Sequence record: SRR9188677_110
Length of the DNA: 33,995 bases
Reading direction: 5' to 3' (one strand)
Shown here one piece after another: positions 9,516 to 18,474 of the stretch. Within the stretch, counting starts at the first letter, position 1. Each line of letters starts with the position of its first letter. Under the pieces are notes generated by a model. It did no database searches. It had not been told where the DNA came from and saw only the letters and a program-made list of their open reading frames with translations. The position numbers and the translations under genes were made by a program.

Positions 9516-10079
9516 CTAAAATAGGAGCAGAATATTCAGCTTAGCCTTTAGTATTTTTACAGCATTACTGATCTGATGGGAGACATTGCTTTCAGTCGTA
9601 TCGAGTTTACTCGCAATTTCTTTGTTTGTAAAATATTCCTTTCGACTTAGCATAAAAATCTCCTTCATTTTTTTTGGAAGATTTTGGATTTGCATTTCAA
9701 TGTATTCAGCTAGCTGTCTTTCCCTTATCTTGTTATCGGCATAATCAGTTTTGGGCTCAGATGCTAGCCTTTTAAGGACTTCTATATATTTTGCTTCAAC
9801 CTTTTCATGGGCGAAAAAATTAAGCATACTCGTTTTAAGTGATATATATAAAAATTGAGATAGATTGCCGTTCTCTAAAATAGTTTCCCTCTTAAACCAG
9901 AGTTTGGTAAACAAATCTTGCACAAAATCCTTTGCCAAATCTTTATCCCTTAACTTTTTAAATGAAAAGGAAAACATCAAATAATAATACCGTTCGTAAA
10001 TCTGGGTATAGGCCAAATGATCCCCATCTCTTAAAAGAGTTACTAATTGACTATCGGTAAAGGTTTGATAACCAGACAT
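9516..10079 (-). CDS. ECF RNA polymerase sigma-70 factor
   Basis: Region 2 (AYTQIYERYY...AKDFVQDLFTKLW) and region 4 (LPKKMKEIFMLSRKEYFTNKEIA); directly upstream of fecR. Confidence 0.93.
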   Translation of the reverse strand: MSGYQTFTDSQLVTLLRDGDHLAYTQIYERYYYLMFSFSFKKLRDKDLAKDFVQDLFTKLWFKRETILENGNLSQFLYISLKTSMLNFFAHEKVEAKYIEVLKRLASEPKTDYADNKIRERQLAEYIEMQIQNLPKKMKEIFMLSRKEYFTNKEIASKLDTTESNVSHQISNAVKILKAKLNILLLF

Positions 10080-10120
10080 CGCCCATTATTATACTATAAT
10101 GAGTTATTAATCGACGGAGC

Positions 10121-10237
10121 AAAAAATAGAGTGGACCCCACAGCTTTTGCAACAGGCACCGCCAGGAGCCGCTTGATCTTCCGAAGAAGACACAAGTTGA
10201 CCGCAAAAGACTTAAGTGAAGCCCACTCTATTTATAA
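10121..10237 (-). ncRNA. Candidate ~110-nt structured RNA / attenuating leader upstream of the ECF sigma gene
   Basis: Closing 11-bp perfect stem 10223-10233/10124-10134 ending in a U-run; inner helices; tcttc-TTCG-gaaga hairpin on the minus strand (10177-10190); TATCTTTG promoter box at 10244-10251 (-). Confidence 0.5.
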
Positions 10238-10356
10238 GGATCGCAAAGATACAAATATTTAGAAATGGGCTATTCACTTCATCGTCTTGTGGTCAAAACT
10301 GGCGGTTTCGTTACAAGAGATTTTGTTAATAACTCTTACTTTTTCTTACTTTCTTT

Positions 10357-10391
10357 GTACTATAAAGTATCTAAAAAATACTTTATAGTAC
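10357..10391. promoter_or_regulatory. 14-bp perfect inverted repeat with 7-bp spacer, candidate operator
   Basis: gtactataaagtat (10357-10370) / atactttatagtac (10378-10391), between the divergent sigma and HTH genes. Confidence 0.5.
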
Positions 10392-10524
10392 CACTAATAT
10401 AAGTAATAAAGTATAAAAATACTAATAAATATTTTCATTTTGTACTTATTAACACTCATTTTGTTCTTATTTTAATTTGTATAATACTATAAAGCTCATT
10501 TTTAAAAATAAAATTTTTTTAAAA

Positions 10525-10875
10525 ATGGCTGATTGGAAAGAAACCAGTACTGAAAAATTAGATCCTGCATTTGCAGCTATCAGGTCTCTTTTCCTAGATG
10601 GGACAATTGACAAAATGTACAAACTGATAAATCATAACCCTACAAAAGTTGCCCAACTTTTTAGCATGAGTTATAAAACCTTTCACGAAAAGTTAAGGGA
10701 ACCTTGGAGATTTTCAGTTTTACACATCATGCTACTAGCAAATGTATTAAAAATCGATCCAGAAGTAATCAATGGTGTAATACAAAAAGAAGTTGGTACG
10801 GAGTTAAATAAAAAGCTTGAAGCATACAATGCTAAAATTAAGGCTTCAAAGCAAAAAAGCGTAAAGAAACCTTAA
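10525..10875 (+). CDS. Putative Xre/Cro-like helix-turn-helix protein
   Basis: ATG 10525 follows an A-rich leader and is preferred to TTG 10477. PTKVAQLFSMSYKTFHEKLREPWRFSVLHIMLLANVLKID resembles an Xre-type HTH. Confidence 0.6.
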   Translation: MADWKETSTEKLDPAFAAIRSLFLDGTIDKMYKLINHNPTKVAQLFSMSYKTFHEKLREPWRFSVLHIMLLANVLKIDPEVINGVIQKEVGTELNKKLEAYNAKIKASKQKSVKKP

Positions 10876-11310
10876 GATTATTGAACTTATAGGAAATGCT
10901 AAATTGACACCTTAAATTTCACTTTATTATTTTCGTATATTTGTATTTAGTCATCATTTTAGGTATTCATTTCAAATAAAGACCCCAACGTATTTTAGCA
11001 TTGGGGTTTTTGGGGCTGGCAATATTTTTACCCCTATATATGTATTATTCCATATTATCCTGACAATATTCTCCTTCAAAAGGTCAGGCGTATTTTACAT
11101 CCTAAACAATTTAGTTCGGCAGCCAAAATTTATTACCTTTGGAAAGAGAGCGTTAATGTGCGGGGGTGAAACCAGCCTTGGTAAACCTCCGCCTTTTTAA
11201 AGTGCTCTAGTGCGTCTTATCGTAATAAAAATGCGGCTATTTAAACTAAACACTTATTGGTATATCTAATTTTATCTAACCTCTCCACCTAGTGGATCAA
11301 ATATCTGCTT

Positions 11311-11505
11311 ATGTCAAACTCAATCGATCTATCTAAATTAAAAATAATTCCCATATCCAATGTTATTAAAGGCCAAGTTCTGATAAATCTAGGTGAGGTT
11401 ATAGAAATTGATAGCTATCCAACCCATATTAATCTAATAATCTCCCGGTTAAATGAAAAACAGGTAGTTAAGTTTGGGAAAGAAGTATCCTTAGTAATTG
11501 TATAA
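11311..11505 (+). CDS. Small hypothetical protein, 64 aa, beta-rich
   Basis: ATG-start ORF in an otherwise empty region, protein-like amphipathic strand pattern, upstream TACCTTTG box at 11134-11141. Confidence 0.5.
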   Translation: MSNSIDLSKLKIIPISNVIKGQVLINLGEVIEIDSYPTHINLIISRLNEKQVVKFGKEVSLVIV

Positions 11506-11560
11506 ATGAGGGGAAGTTAAGGGGGCTGTCATATTCTGTATGCCTCCCTTTAATAATTAT

Positions 11561-11791
11561 ATGATTATGGACGAATTTTATTACCATGGGCTATATCTAT
11601 CGCAGGATATACCACAAAACACGCATCTTACGATTGTCGATGTTGCAATAGTTTTTTTCTTAGGAGTATTTTTGGTGTCCTCCTTAACCTTTGTTTTAAA
11701 TCAATGGTTAAAAGAACAGATAAAAGAAATGGAAGAAGATTTTCGTTTGCTTGAATGCCGGTTGCTAAATCGGAACATAGCCATCGATTGA
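11561..11791 (+). CDS. Small single-TM hypothetical protein
   Basis: Hydrophobic segment IVDVAIVFFLGVFLVSSLTFVL followed by a charged helix; start uncertain (11540, 11561 or 11567). Confidence 0.45.
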   Translation: MIMDEFYYHGLYLSQDIPQNTHLTIVDVAIVFFLGVFLVSSLTFVLNQWLKEQIKEMEEDFRLLECRLLNRNIAID

Positions 11792-11909
11792 TTAAATTGC
11801 ATCCTAAAATTTAAATTGAATATAAAATTTAGGATACGGATTAATTCGATAGGGTCAATATCTCAACATCTGGCAGGACATCTAATTTGGGACTTAAAAT
11901 TCACTTAAA

Positions 11910-12569
11910 ATGATAGAAAAATACAAATCAGAAATCCTACAAGTTTATGAGCAAAAAAGGGATGCAGGTGTGCTTTCACCAAATTTAATTCATTTAACAC
12001 CAGCAAATATTCGTAAAGAGGTTTGTTTGCTATTAAGTGCAGGCTGTGATAACACTGATATTAGAATGTTAAAGGAGTTTTTAGATTTACCATTTGAAAA
12101 ACAGCTTTCGGATGTCCCATTTAGAAAGTGGGATACTGACAAATTTAGGCCACTTTGCACTTTTCTAAAGAAAAGAATTAATACCCGTGATAAAAATATT
12201 GAACTTCTTGCCTGGTTGATTGACTTTCATCCACGCCCTTTTTCAAACTTCTGGCGCTTATTCAAAGGAAAATCCGGTTCTCTTTCTGAATTATCAATAA
12301 CAGAAAGCGGAATTTTGGAAGCCAACAATGAAAGGCAGCTAAATCTTTATAAACAGAATATGTTTCTGAATAACGAAACTCCTCAAAAGTCAGGTTCAAA
12401 TTCCCTATTAGCAAATGAACCTTTAGAAAAGGAAGTATTAATATCTCTAGGTGTACCTATAAATGAGAAAATCAGGAGCAAAGAAATTACCTTAGAATAC
12501 CCATCTGGTGTTAAATTATCGGTAGATGCTTCCGATCTATCATTGATCGCCGAACTGATAAAATTGTAA
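11910..12569 (+). CDS. Hypothetical protein with KNIELLAWLIDFxPRP domain and an IS66-TnpA-like C-terminal tail
   Basis: 219-aa ORF with helical N-domain, low-complexity linker and tail EITLEYPSGVKLSVDASDLSLIAELIKL. Confidence 0.7.
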   Translation: MIEKYKSEILQVYEQKRDAGVLSPNLIHLTPANIRKEVCLLLSAGCDNTDIRMLKEFLDLPFEKQLSDVPFRKWDTDKFRPLCTFLKKRINTRDKNIELLAWLIDFHPRPFSNFWRLFKGKSGSLSELSITESGILEANNERQLNLYKQNMFLNNETPQKSGSNSLLANEPLEKEVLISLGVPINEKIRSKEITLEYPSGVKLSVDASDLSLIAELIKL

Positions 12570-12576
12570 GGAAAGA

Positions 12577-12723
12577 TTATTTTCGAGCCATTCGATATAT
12601 AAAAAGTATCCAAACTCCAATTCCTACAATAAATGCAGGGAGCGGGTTTTTCATAGTTGTACCAGCCAACAATGCACCAGTACCTATAATACAAGTCAGG
12701 AAAAATAGAATTAAGTTTTTCAT
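12577..12723 (-). CDS. 48-aa two-helix membrane peptide (not in the ORF track)
   Basis: Manual translation MKNLILFFLTCIIGTGALLAGTTMKNPLPAFIVGIGVWILFIYRMARK*. Fits between the 12569 stop and the integrase terminator; TAAATTTG box at 12730-12737 (-). Confidence 0.6.
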   Translation of the reverse strand: MKNLILFFLTCIIGTGALLAGTTMKNPLPAFIVGIGVWILFIYRMARK

Positions 12724-12755
12724 GATATTCAAATTTAATATTTTTATCAATTAAA

Positions 12756-12788
12756 ACCTGCATAGTTCACTAGATGAACTATGCAGGT
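12756..12788 (-). terminator. Intrinsic terminator downstream of the integrase
   Basis: 14-bp perfect stem acctgcatagttca/tgaactatgcaggt, 5-nt loop, T-run on the minus strand, 8 bp after the stop codon. Confidence 0.75.
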
Positions 12789-12796
12789 ACAGAATA

Positions 12797-14098
12797 TTAG
12801 GCGGCGTTTCTCACCGATGTACTTCTCTTTTGCGTTTTAAGCATCTTGGTGTCTAACCGTCTTAATAGGCTTACAACCTTAATTTGTACTTCGTCAACTA
12901 TGCACCAATCTTTTTCAATATAAATATCAGTCGTAGAATGTTCGCTATCAACGTGATTTAATGCCTGTGCTACATCGTCTTTGCTCATTCTACAAGAGTT
13001 TCGGGCAATGGTGGCAAAACTATGTCTAGCCCAATAAAGGGTAAACTCTTTGAACCCTGTTATTTTCCTTAAATCTTTCATGCCCATAGCCAAAGCTTTG
13101 TTCAATCCATTAGAATTGATGTAACGGATAGAAAGTTTTTCTATGTACTTTTCTAATAATGGTCTAGCTTCATCAATAATTTTGATACTAATAAAAGCAT
13201 CATCTTTTCTTTGACCTTCCGTTTTTGAACGGTTATAATCTATTCTACCATTCCTGATATTCCCTTTTGTCAGATTATAAAAATCAACCGCATTCATTCC
13301 ACATAAATAGAAAGAAAGCATATACAGCTCCTTTGCCATTTCTGCCCGACTACCTTTTTTAGTCACGCAGTCTCGTATGGTTCTAATTTGTTCCAAAGTG
13401 TTATTTCTCTTTTTAGTTAGAGGTGCAGAACCTATTTTATATTTCTTAAAAGGATAATGCTTGATCCGATAAATGCCAAGGTCTTCATTATTATACATAT
13501 TTCGGGCAGCATTAAACAGAGTTCGCAAATCACGCATGTGGTTGAAAAGCCCACTATCTGACAACCCTTTACTTGTTGTTTCTTTTACAAGATTTTTCTG
13601 CCCACTTGGGCGTATCATTGTACGTTCGCTTCTCAAATAGCGCTCATAGGAGAGTAGCATATTTGAATTGATTTCTGTTATGGACACAGCATCCCTTTTA
13701 AAATAGTCAATAAGGCTATTACGCACAACACGATGGTTATGTGCCGTACCTTTTTTTCCATCTTTATCGCTCTGTAAAATATGTACAGAGCAAAATTTAA
13801 TAAAATCTACATCGGCATCTTTGTCGCGTAGGTAATCTTTAAGACTTTCGGCATTAAAAAAGTTCAGTTTCTCACCGAGTTCACTGATTACCTTACGATA
13901 GCCTTTTAATTGTTCATCGATCAGGTCATTGATAAAATTGTCCTTGATCTTCATTTTAGTAGTCAGTTGTTTTTTGACTACATAGTGTACAGTATCAATG
14001 TACTTTCTTTGGTTGTTGTGATGGACACAGATTTTTACATTGTAAGTTCCATCTACTTTCTTGTGGTGTTCGAACACCTTGGCGCTAACGGTTGCCAT
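12797..14098 (-). CDS. Site-specific tyrosine integrase (arm-binding, SAM-like and catalytic domains)
   Basis: N-terminal KKVDGTYNVKICVHHNNQRKYIDT; core-binding region; catalytic boxes LSFYLCGMNAVD, RSKT, YWARHSFATIA, ALNH, TTDIYI. Confidence 0.9.
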   Translation of the reverse strand: MATVSAKVFEHHKKVDGTYNVKICVHHNNQRKYIDTVHYVVKKQLTTKMKIKDNFINDLIDEQLKGYRKVISELGEKLNFFNAESLKDYLRDKDADVDFIKFCSVHILQSDKDGKKGTAHNHRVVRNSLIDYFKRDAVSITEINSNMLLSYERYLRSERTMIRPSGQKNLVKETTSKGLSDSGLFNHMRDLRTLFNAARNMYNNEDLGIYRIKHYPFKKYKIGSAPLTKKRNNTLEQIRTIRDCVTKKGSRAEMAKELYMLSFYLCGMNAVDFYNLTKGNIRNGRIDYNRSKTEGQRKDDAFISIKIIDEARPLLEKYIEKLSIRYINSNGLNKALAMGMKDLRKITGFKEFTLYWARHSFATIARNSCRMSKDDVAQALNHVDSEHSTTDIYIEKDWCIVDEVQIKVVSLLRRLDTKMLKTQKRSTSVRNAA

Positions 14099-14126
14099 AA
14101 TTCTTTAGGTTAGCACGCAAAACCTC

Positions 14127-14228
14127 TGTAACGTATTTGTAACGGTTTTACGTGAAGTTCAACAAAAAATTATGTAAAACCTGCCCTTATAGTGGTTTTA
14201 AAGGCATAGTTGCTGACGGTAATCAGCA
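14127..14228. repeat. Candidate att-region integrase/accessory-protein binding sites
   Basis: Direct repeat TGTAACG at 14127-14133 and 14138-14144 (11-bp period); inverted repeat tgctga-N6-tcagca at 14211-14228; located between the integrase start and the tRNA. Confidence 0.4.
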
Positions 14229-14232
14229 TCAG

Positions 14233-14275
14233 AAAAACAAAAAAACCGTCTCCAAATTTCTTTGTAAGACGGTTT
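14233..14275 (-). terminator. tRNA terminator
   Basis: aaaccgtct (14243-14251) / agacggttt (14267-14275) with a long T-tract on the minus strand, right after the tRNA 3' end. Confidence 0.75.
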
Positions 14276-14280
14276 CATAG

Positions 14281-14354
14281 TGGGCCCAGCTGGGCTCGAA
14301 CCAGCGACCAAGAGATTATGAGTCTCCTACTCTAACCAACTGAGCTATAGGCCC
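14281..14354 (-). tRNA. tRNA with CAT anticodon, most likely tRNA-Ile2 (lysidine); CCA not encoded
   Basis: Reverse complement gggcctatagctcagttggttagagtaggagactCATaatctcttggtcgctggttcgagcccagctgggccca folds as a cloverleaf. G1-C72 is paired (not initiator); C4-G69 and C5-G68 are the TilS determinants. Confidence 0.93.
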
Positions 14355-14495
14355 TTACGCAATTTTTTGCTACCTGCGTGAGGCAAATTTAAACAAATTT
14401 TTCAAGTCGGCAACATCTTTTTTTGGTCTTCGAAACTTTCGAGTTCCTCAAAAGAAAGCAAACTTAAAAAGCTAATTTTCAATTCTTTAGCCCGT

Positions 14496-14537
14496 AGATT
14501 ATGAGTCTTCTACTCTAACCAACTGAGCTATAGGCCC
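14496..14537 (-). pseudogene. Truncated 5'-half copy of the same tRNA
   Basis: 41/42 nt identical to 14313-14354; ends in the anticodon stem; no T arm or 3' acceptor strand. Confidence 0.85.
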
Positions 14538-14604
14538 CGAAAAACCTATTAGGTTTTGCGAGTGCAATGTTACATATTTGCAACGAATTTTGGAAACACT
14601 TTTT

Positions 14605-15240
14605 ATGGAAAAAATAAAAAATATTATTTTCGACTATGGTAACGTTATCTTCGAAATTGATTTTAAACGTACTCAAAATGCTCTTTTACAACTAGGTATC
14701 ACAAATGTTGAGGCTTTTTTTGCACATAAAGGACATCATTCTTTATTTGATAATTTTGAAACGGCAGCCATATCTGCGGCGGAATTTAGAGCAGGGATTA
14801 GAGATGCAGCGAATAACCAAAACTTAAGCGACCAAGAAATTGATGCTGCATGGAATAGTTTATTGATTGGAGTTTCTGCTAATAACCACGATGTATTGCT
14901 TGAGGTTAAACAAAAATACCGGACTTTCTTATTGAGCAACAACAACGAAATTCATTATAATTGGATTATTGATTACATCGGCAAGGAGTTTAACCTAAAC
15001 CATTACAACGATTATTTCGAGAAAGCTTATTTTTCGCAGCAAATGCGTTTACGTAAGCCAAATACCAATATCTTCGAAAAGGTTTTAGCCGAAAACAACC
15101 TAAACCCTACAGAAACGCTTTTTATAGACGACAGTCCGCAGCACATTGCTGGTGCGCAAAAAGCAGGATTAAACACGCTATTAATGGATGTACACCCCGC
15201 TAAGCTTGCCGATTTCCTAAAACAGCATGGTATTTTGTAA
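14605..15240 (+). CDS. HAD-superfamily phosphatase (YihX-like)
   Basis: Motif I IIFDYGNV, motif II LLSNNN, RKP, motif IV FIDDS; ATG 14605 preferred to TTG 14578. Confidence 0.9.
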   Translation: MEKIKNIIFDYGNVIFEIDFKRTQNALLQLGITNVEAFFAHKGHHSLFDNFETAAISAAEFRAGIRDAANNQNLSDQEIDAAWNSLLIGVSANNHDVLLEVKQKYRTFLLSNNNEIHYNWIIDYIGKEFNLNHYNDYFEKAYFSQQMRLRKPNTNIFEKVLAENNLNPTETLFIDDSPQHIAGAQKAGLNTLLMDVHPAKLADFLKQHGIL

Positions 15241-15328
15241 AGCAATAAACCTTCATGTATCAATAAAATTGATGAGCAACTAAACTTATTTATGCTTAAA
15301 TTTAATTCGATCACAATTTCGATTAAAT

Positions 15329-15646
15329 ATGGAAGAGCAAAAGTTTAACTCATTAAAAGAATTTTATCCTTACTATTTATCAGAGCACCAAAACCAAACC
15401 AGTAGAATATTGCACTTTATTGGTACTGGCTTACTATTGCTATCGTTATTTACTGGCATCTTATTTCACGATTGGCGCTTTCTAGTAGCCATGCCGTTTA
15501 TTGGCTATGGTTTTGCCTGGGTTGGGCATTTCTTTTTCGAAAAGAACAAACCAGCAACATTTAAATATCCTGGCTATAGCCTAGCAAGCGATTTTATTCT
15601 TTTTTGGGATTTATTTAACGGCAAACAGTCTTTTAAAACCAAATAG
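15329..15646 (+). CDS. DUF962 (Mpo1-like) membrane protein
   Basis: FYPYYLSEH..RILHFIGT and GYGFAWVGHFFFEKNKPATFKYP motifs. Confidence 0.9.
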   Translation: MEEQKFNSLKEFYPYYLSEHQNQTSRILHFIGTGLLLLSLFTGILFHDWRFLVAMPFIGYGFAWVGHFFFEKNKPATFKYPGYSLASDFILFWDLFNGKQSFKTK

Positions 15647-15709
15647 CTTTTGCCTATAGCTGCATAGAAAAAAGCAGTTTGTTCTAGCAGTACATTCTAA
15701 CTAGTTTTG
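15643..15709 (+). promoter_or_regulatory. katG promoter with OxyR-like box
   Basis: ATAG-N7-CTAT-N6-ATAG-N7-CAGT (15643-15678) adjacent to TTTG (-33) and TAGTTTTG (-7, 15702-15709). Confidence 0.55.
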
Positions 15710-15786
15710 AAAATAAGCCTTAGACAATTAATCAAGTTGAATTGGTTGCTGGCGCTTTAAAATAATTACTAACGCATAAAGTTTAA

Positions 15787-18066
<2,280 letters not shown>

Positions 18067-18087
18067 TCTTTTTTGAGCAGAAGTTAT

Positions 18088-18119
18088 AAAGGGTTTCCAA
18101 AAGAATGGAAACCCTTTTT
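18088..18119 (+). terminator. katG terminator
   Basis: aaagggtttcca / tggaaaccctttttg. Confidence 0.8.
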
Positions 18120-18474
18120 GGTTTAAAATACTTTAGCGATCAACTAACTAAAATTTAAAACTTCCTGCTATATTAGATAATCGGATGGCTTAGGGGAAGT
18201 TTATTAGGGAAAGATTCTGATACAGTTGACACACTTAAGCTGACAATTATTGAAACTTTAAACTATGGTGATTAACTCCGAGAATAGAACCCGAACCGAT
18301 AACAGCCATTTGCAAAAGCGGGGGTTTCCTTGCTTCTAGTGCTAAATCATTCTTAAAAAAAACACATATTAAGTAAACTTCAGAAATTATTTCTACTTGT
18401 AAGTACAAAATTGTTATAAATAAGTAGACTTAATTCTATCTATTTTTAATAATTTTGTAGAAATAGATAATTAT

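Larger units (their letters stand above)
1..14280. mobile_element. Integrative element / genomic island inserted at the tRNA-Ile2(CAT) 3' end; left boundary lies outside the window
   Basis: Tyrosine integrase starts ~180 bp downstream of the tRNA 3' end in the same orientation. It is followed by small hypothetical/HTH genes and an accessory SusCD cassette. The region looks AT-richer than the core genes to the right (not computed). No second att copy seen in the window. Confidence 0.75.

Noticed and set aside
3426-10079. Classical polysaccharide utilisation locus
   Set aside because: No glycoside hydrolase, lyase, esterase or sulfatase is adjacent within the window; the neighbours are redox proteins and a peptide.
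10047-10262. 71-aa plus-strand ORF
   Set aside because: TTG start, overlaps the sigma start antisense, and runs through the structured RNA region, which explains the sequence better.
10141-10320. Invertible (phase-variable) promoter flanked by inverted repeats
   Set aside because: The arms are gapped and imperfect and the spacer is only ~40 bp. G-U-compatible mismatches and a UUCG loop favour RNA structure. Not fully excluded without long reads.
12490-12569. Intact IS66 element
   Set aside because: Only a TnpA-like tail is present; no tnpB/tnpC or terminal inverted repeats were seen.
12383-12763. 126-aa minus-strand ORF from the track
   Set aside because: Overlaps the 219-aa gene antisense and starts inside the integrase terminator. 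A different minus frame (12577-12723) gives a more protein-like ORF with its own promoter box.
14281-14354. tRNA-Met (initiator or elongator) assignment
   Set aside because: No C1:A72 mismatch or triple G-C anticodon stem. C4-G69/C5-G68 point to Ile2, although elongator Met cannot be strictly excluded by eye.
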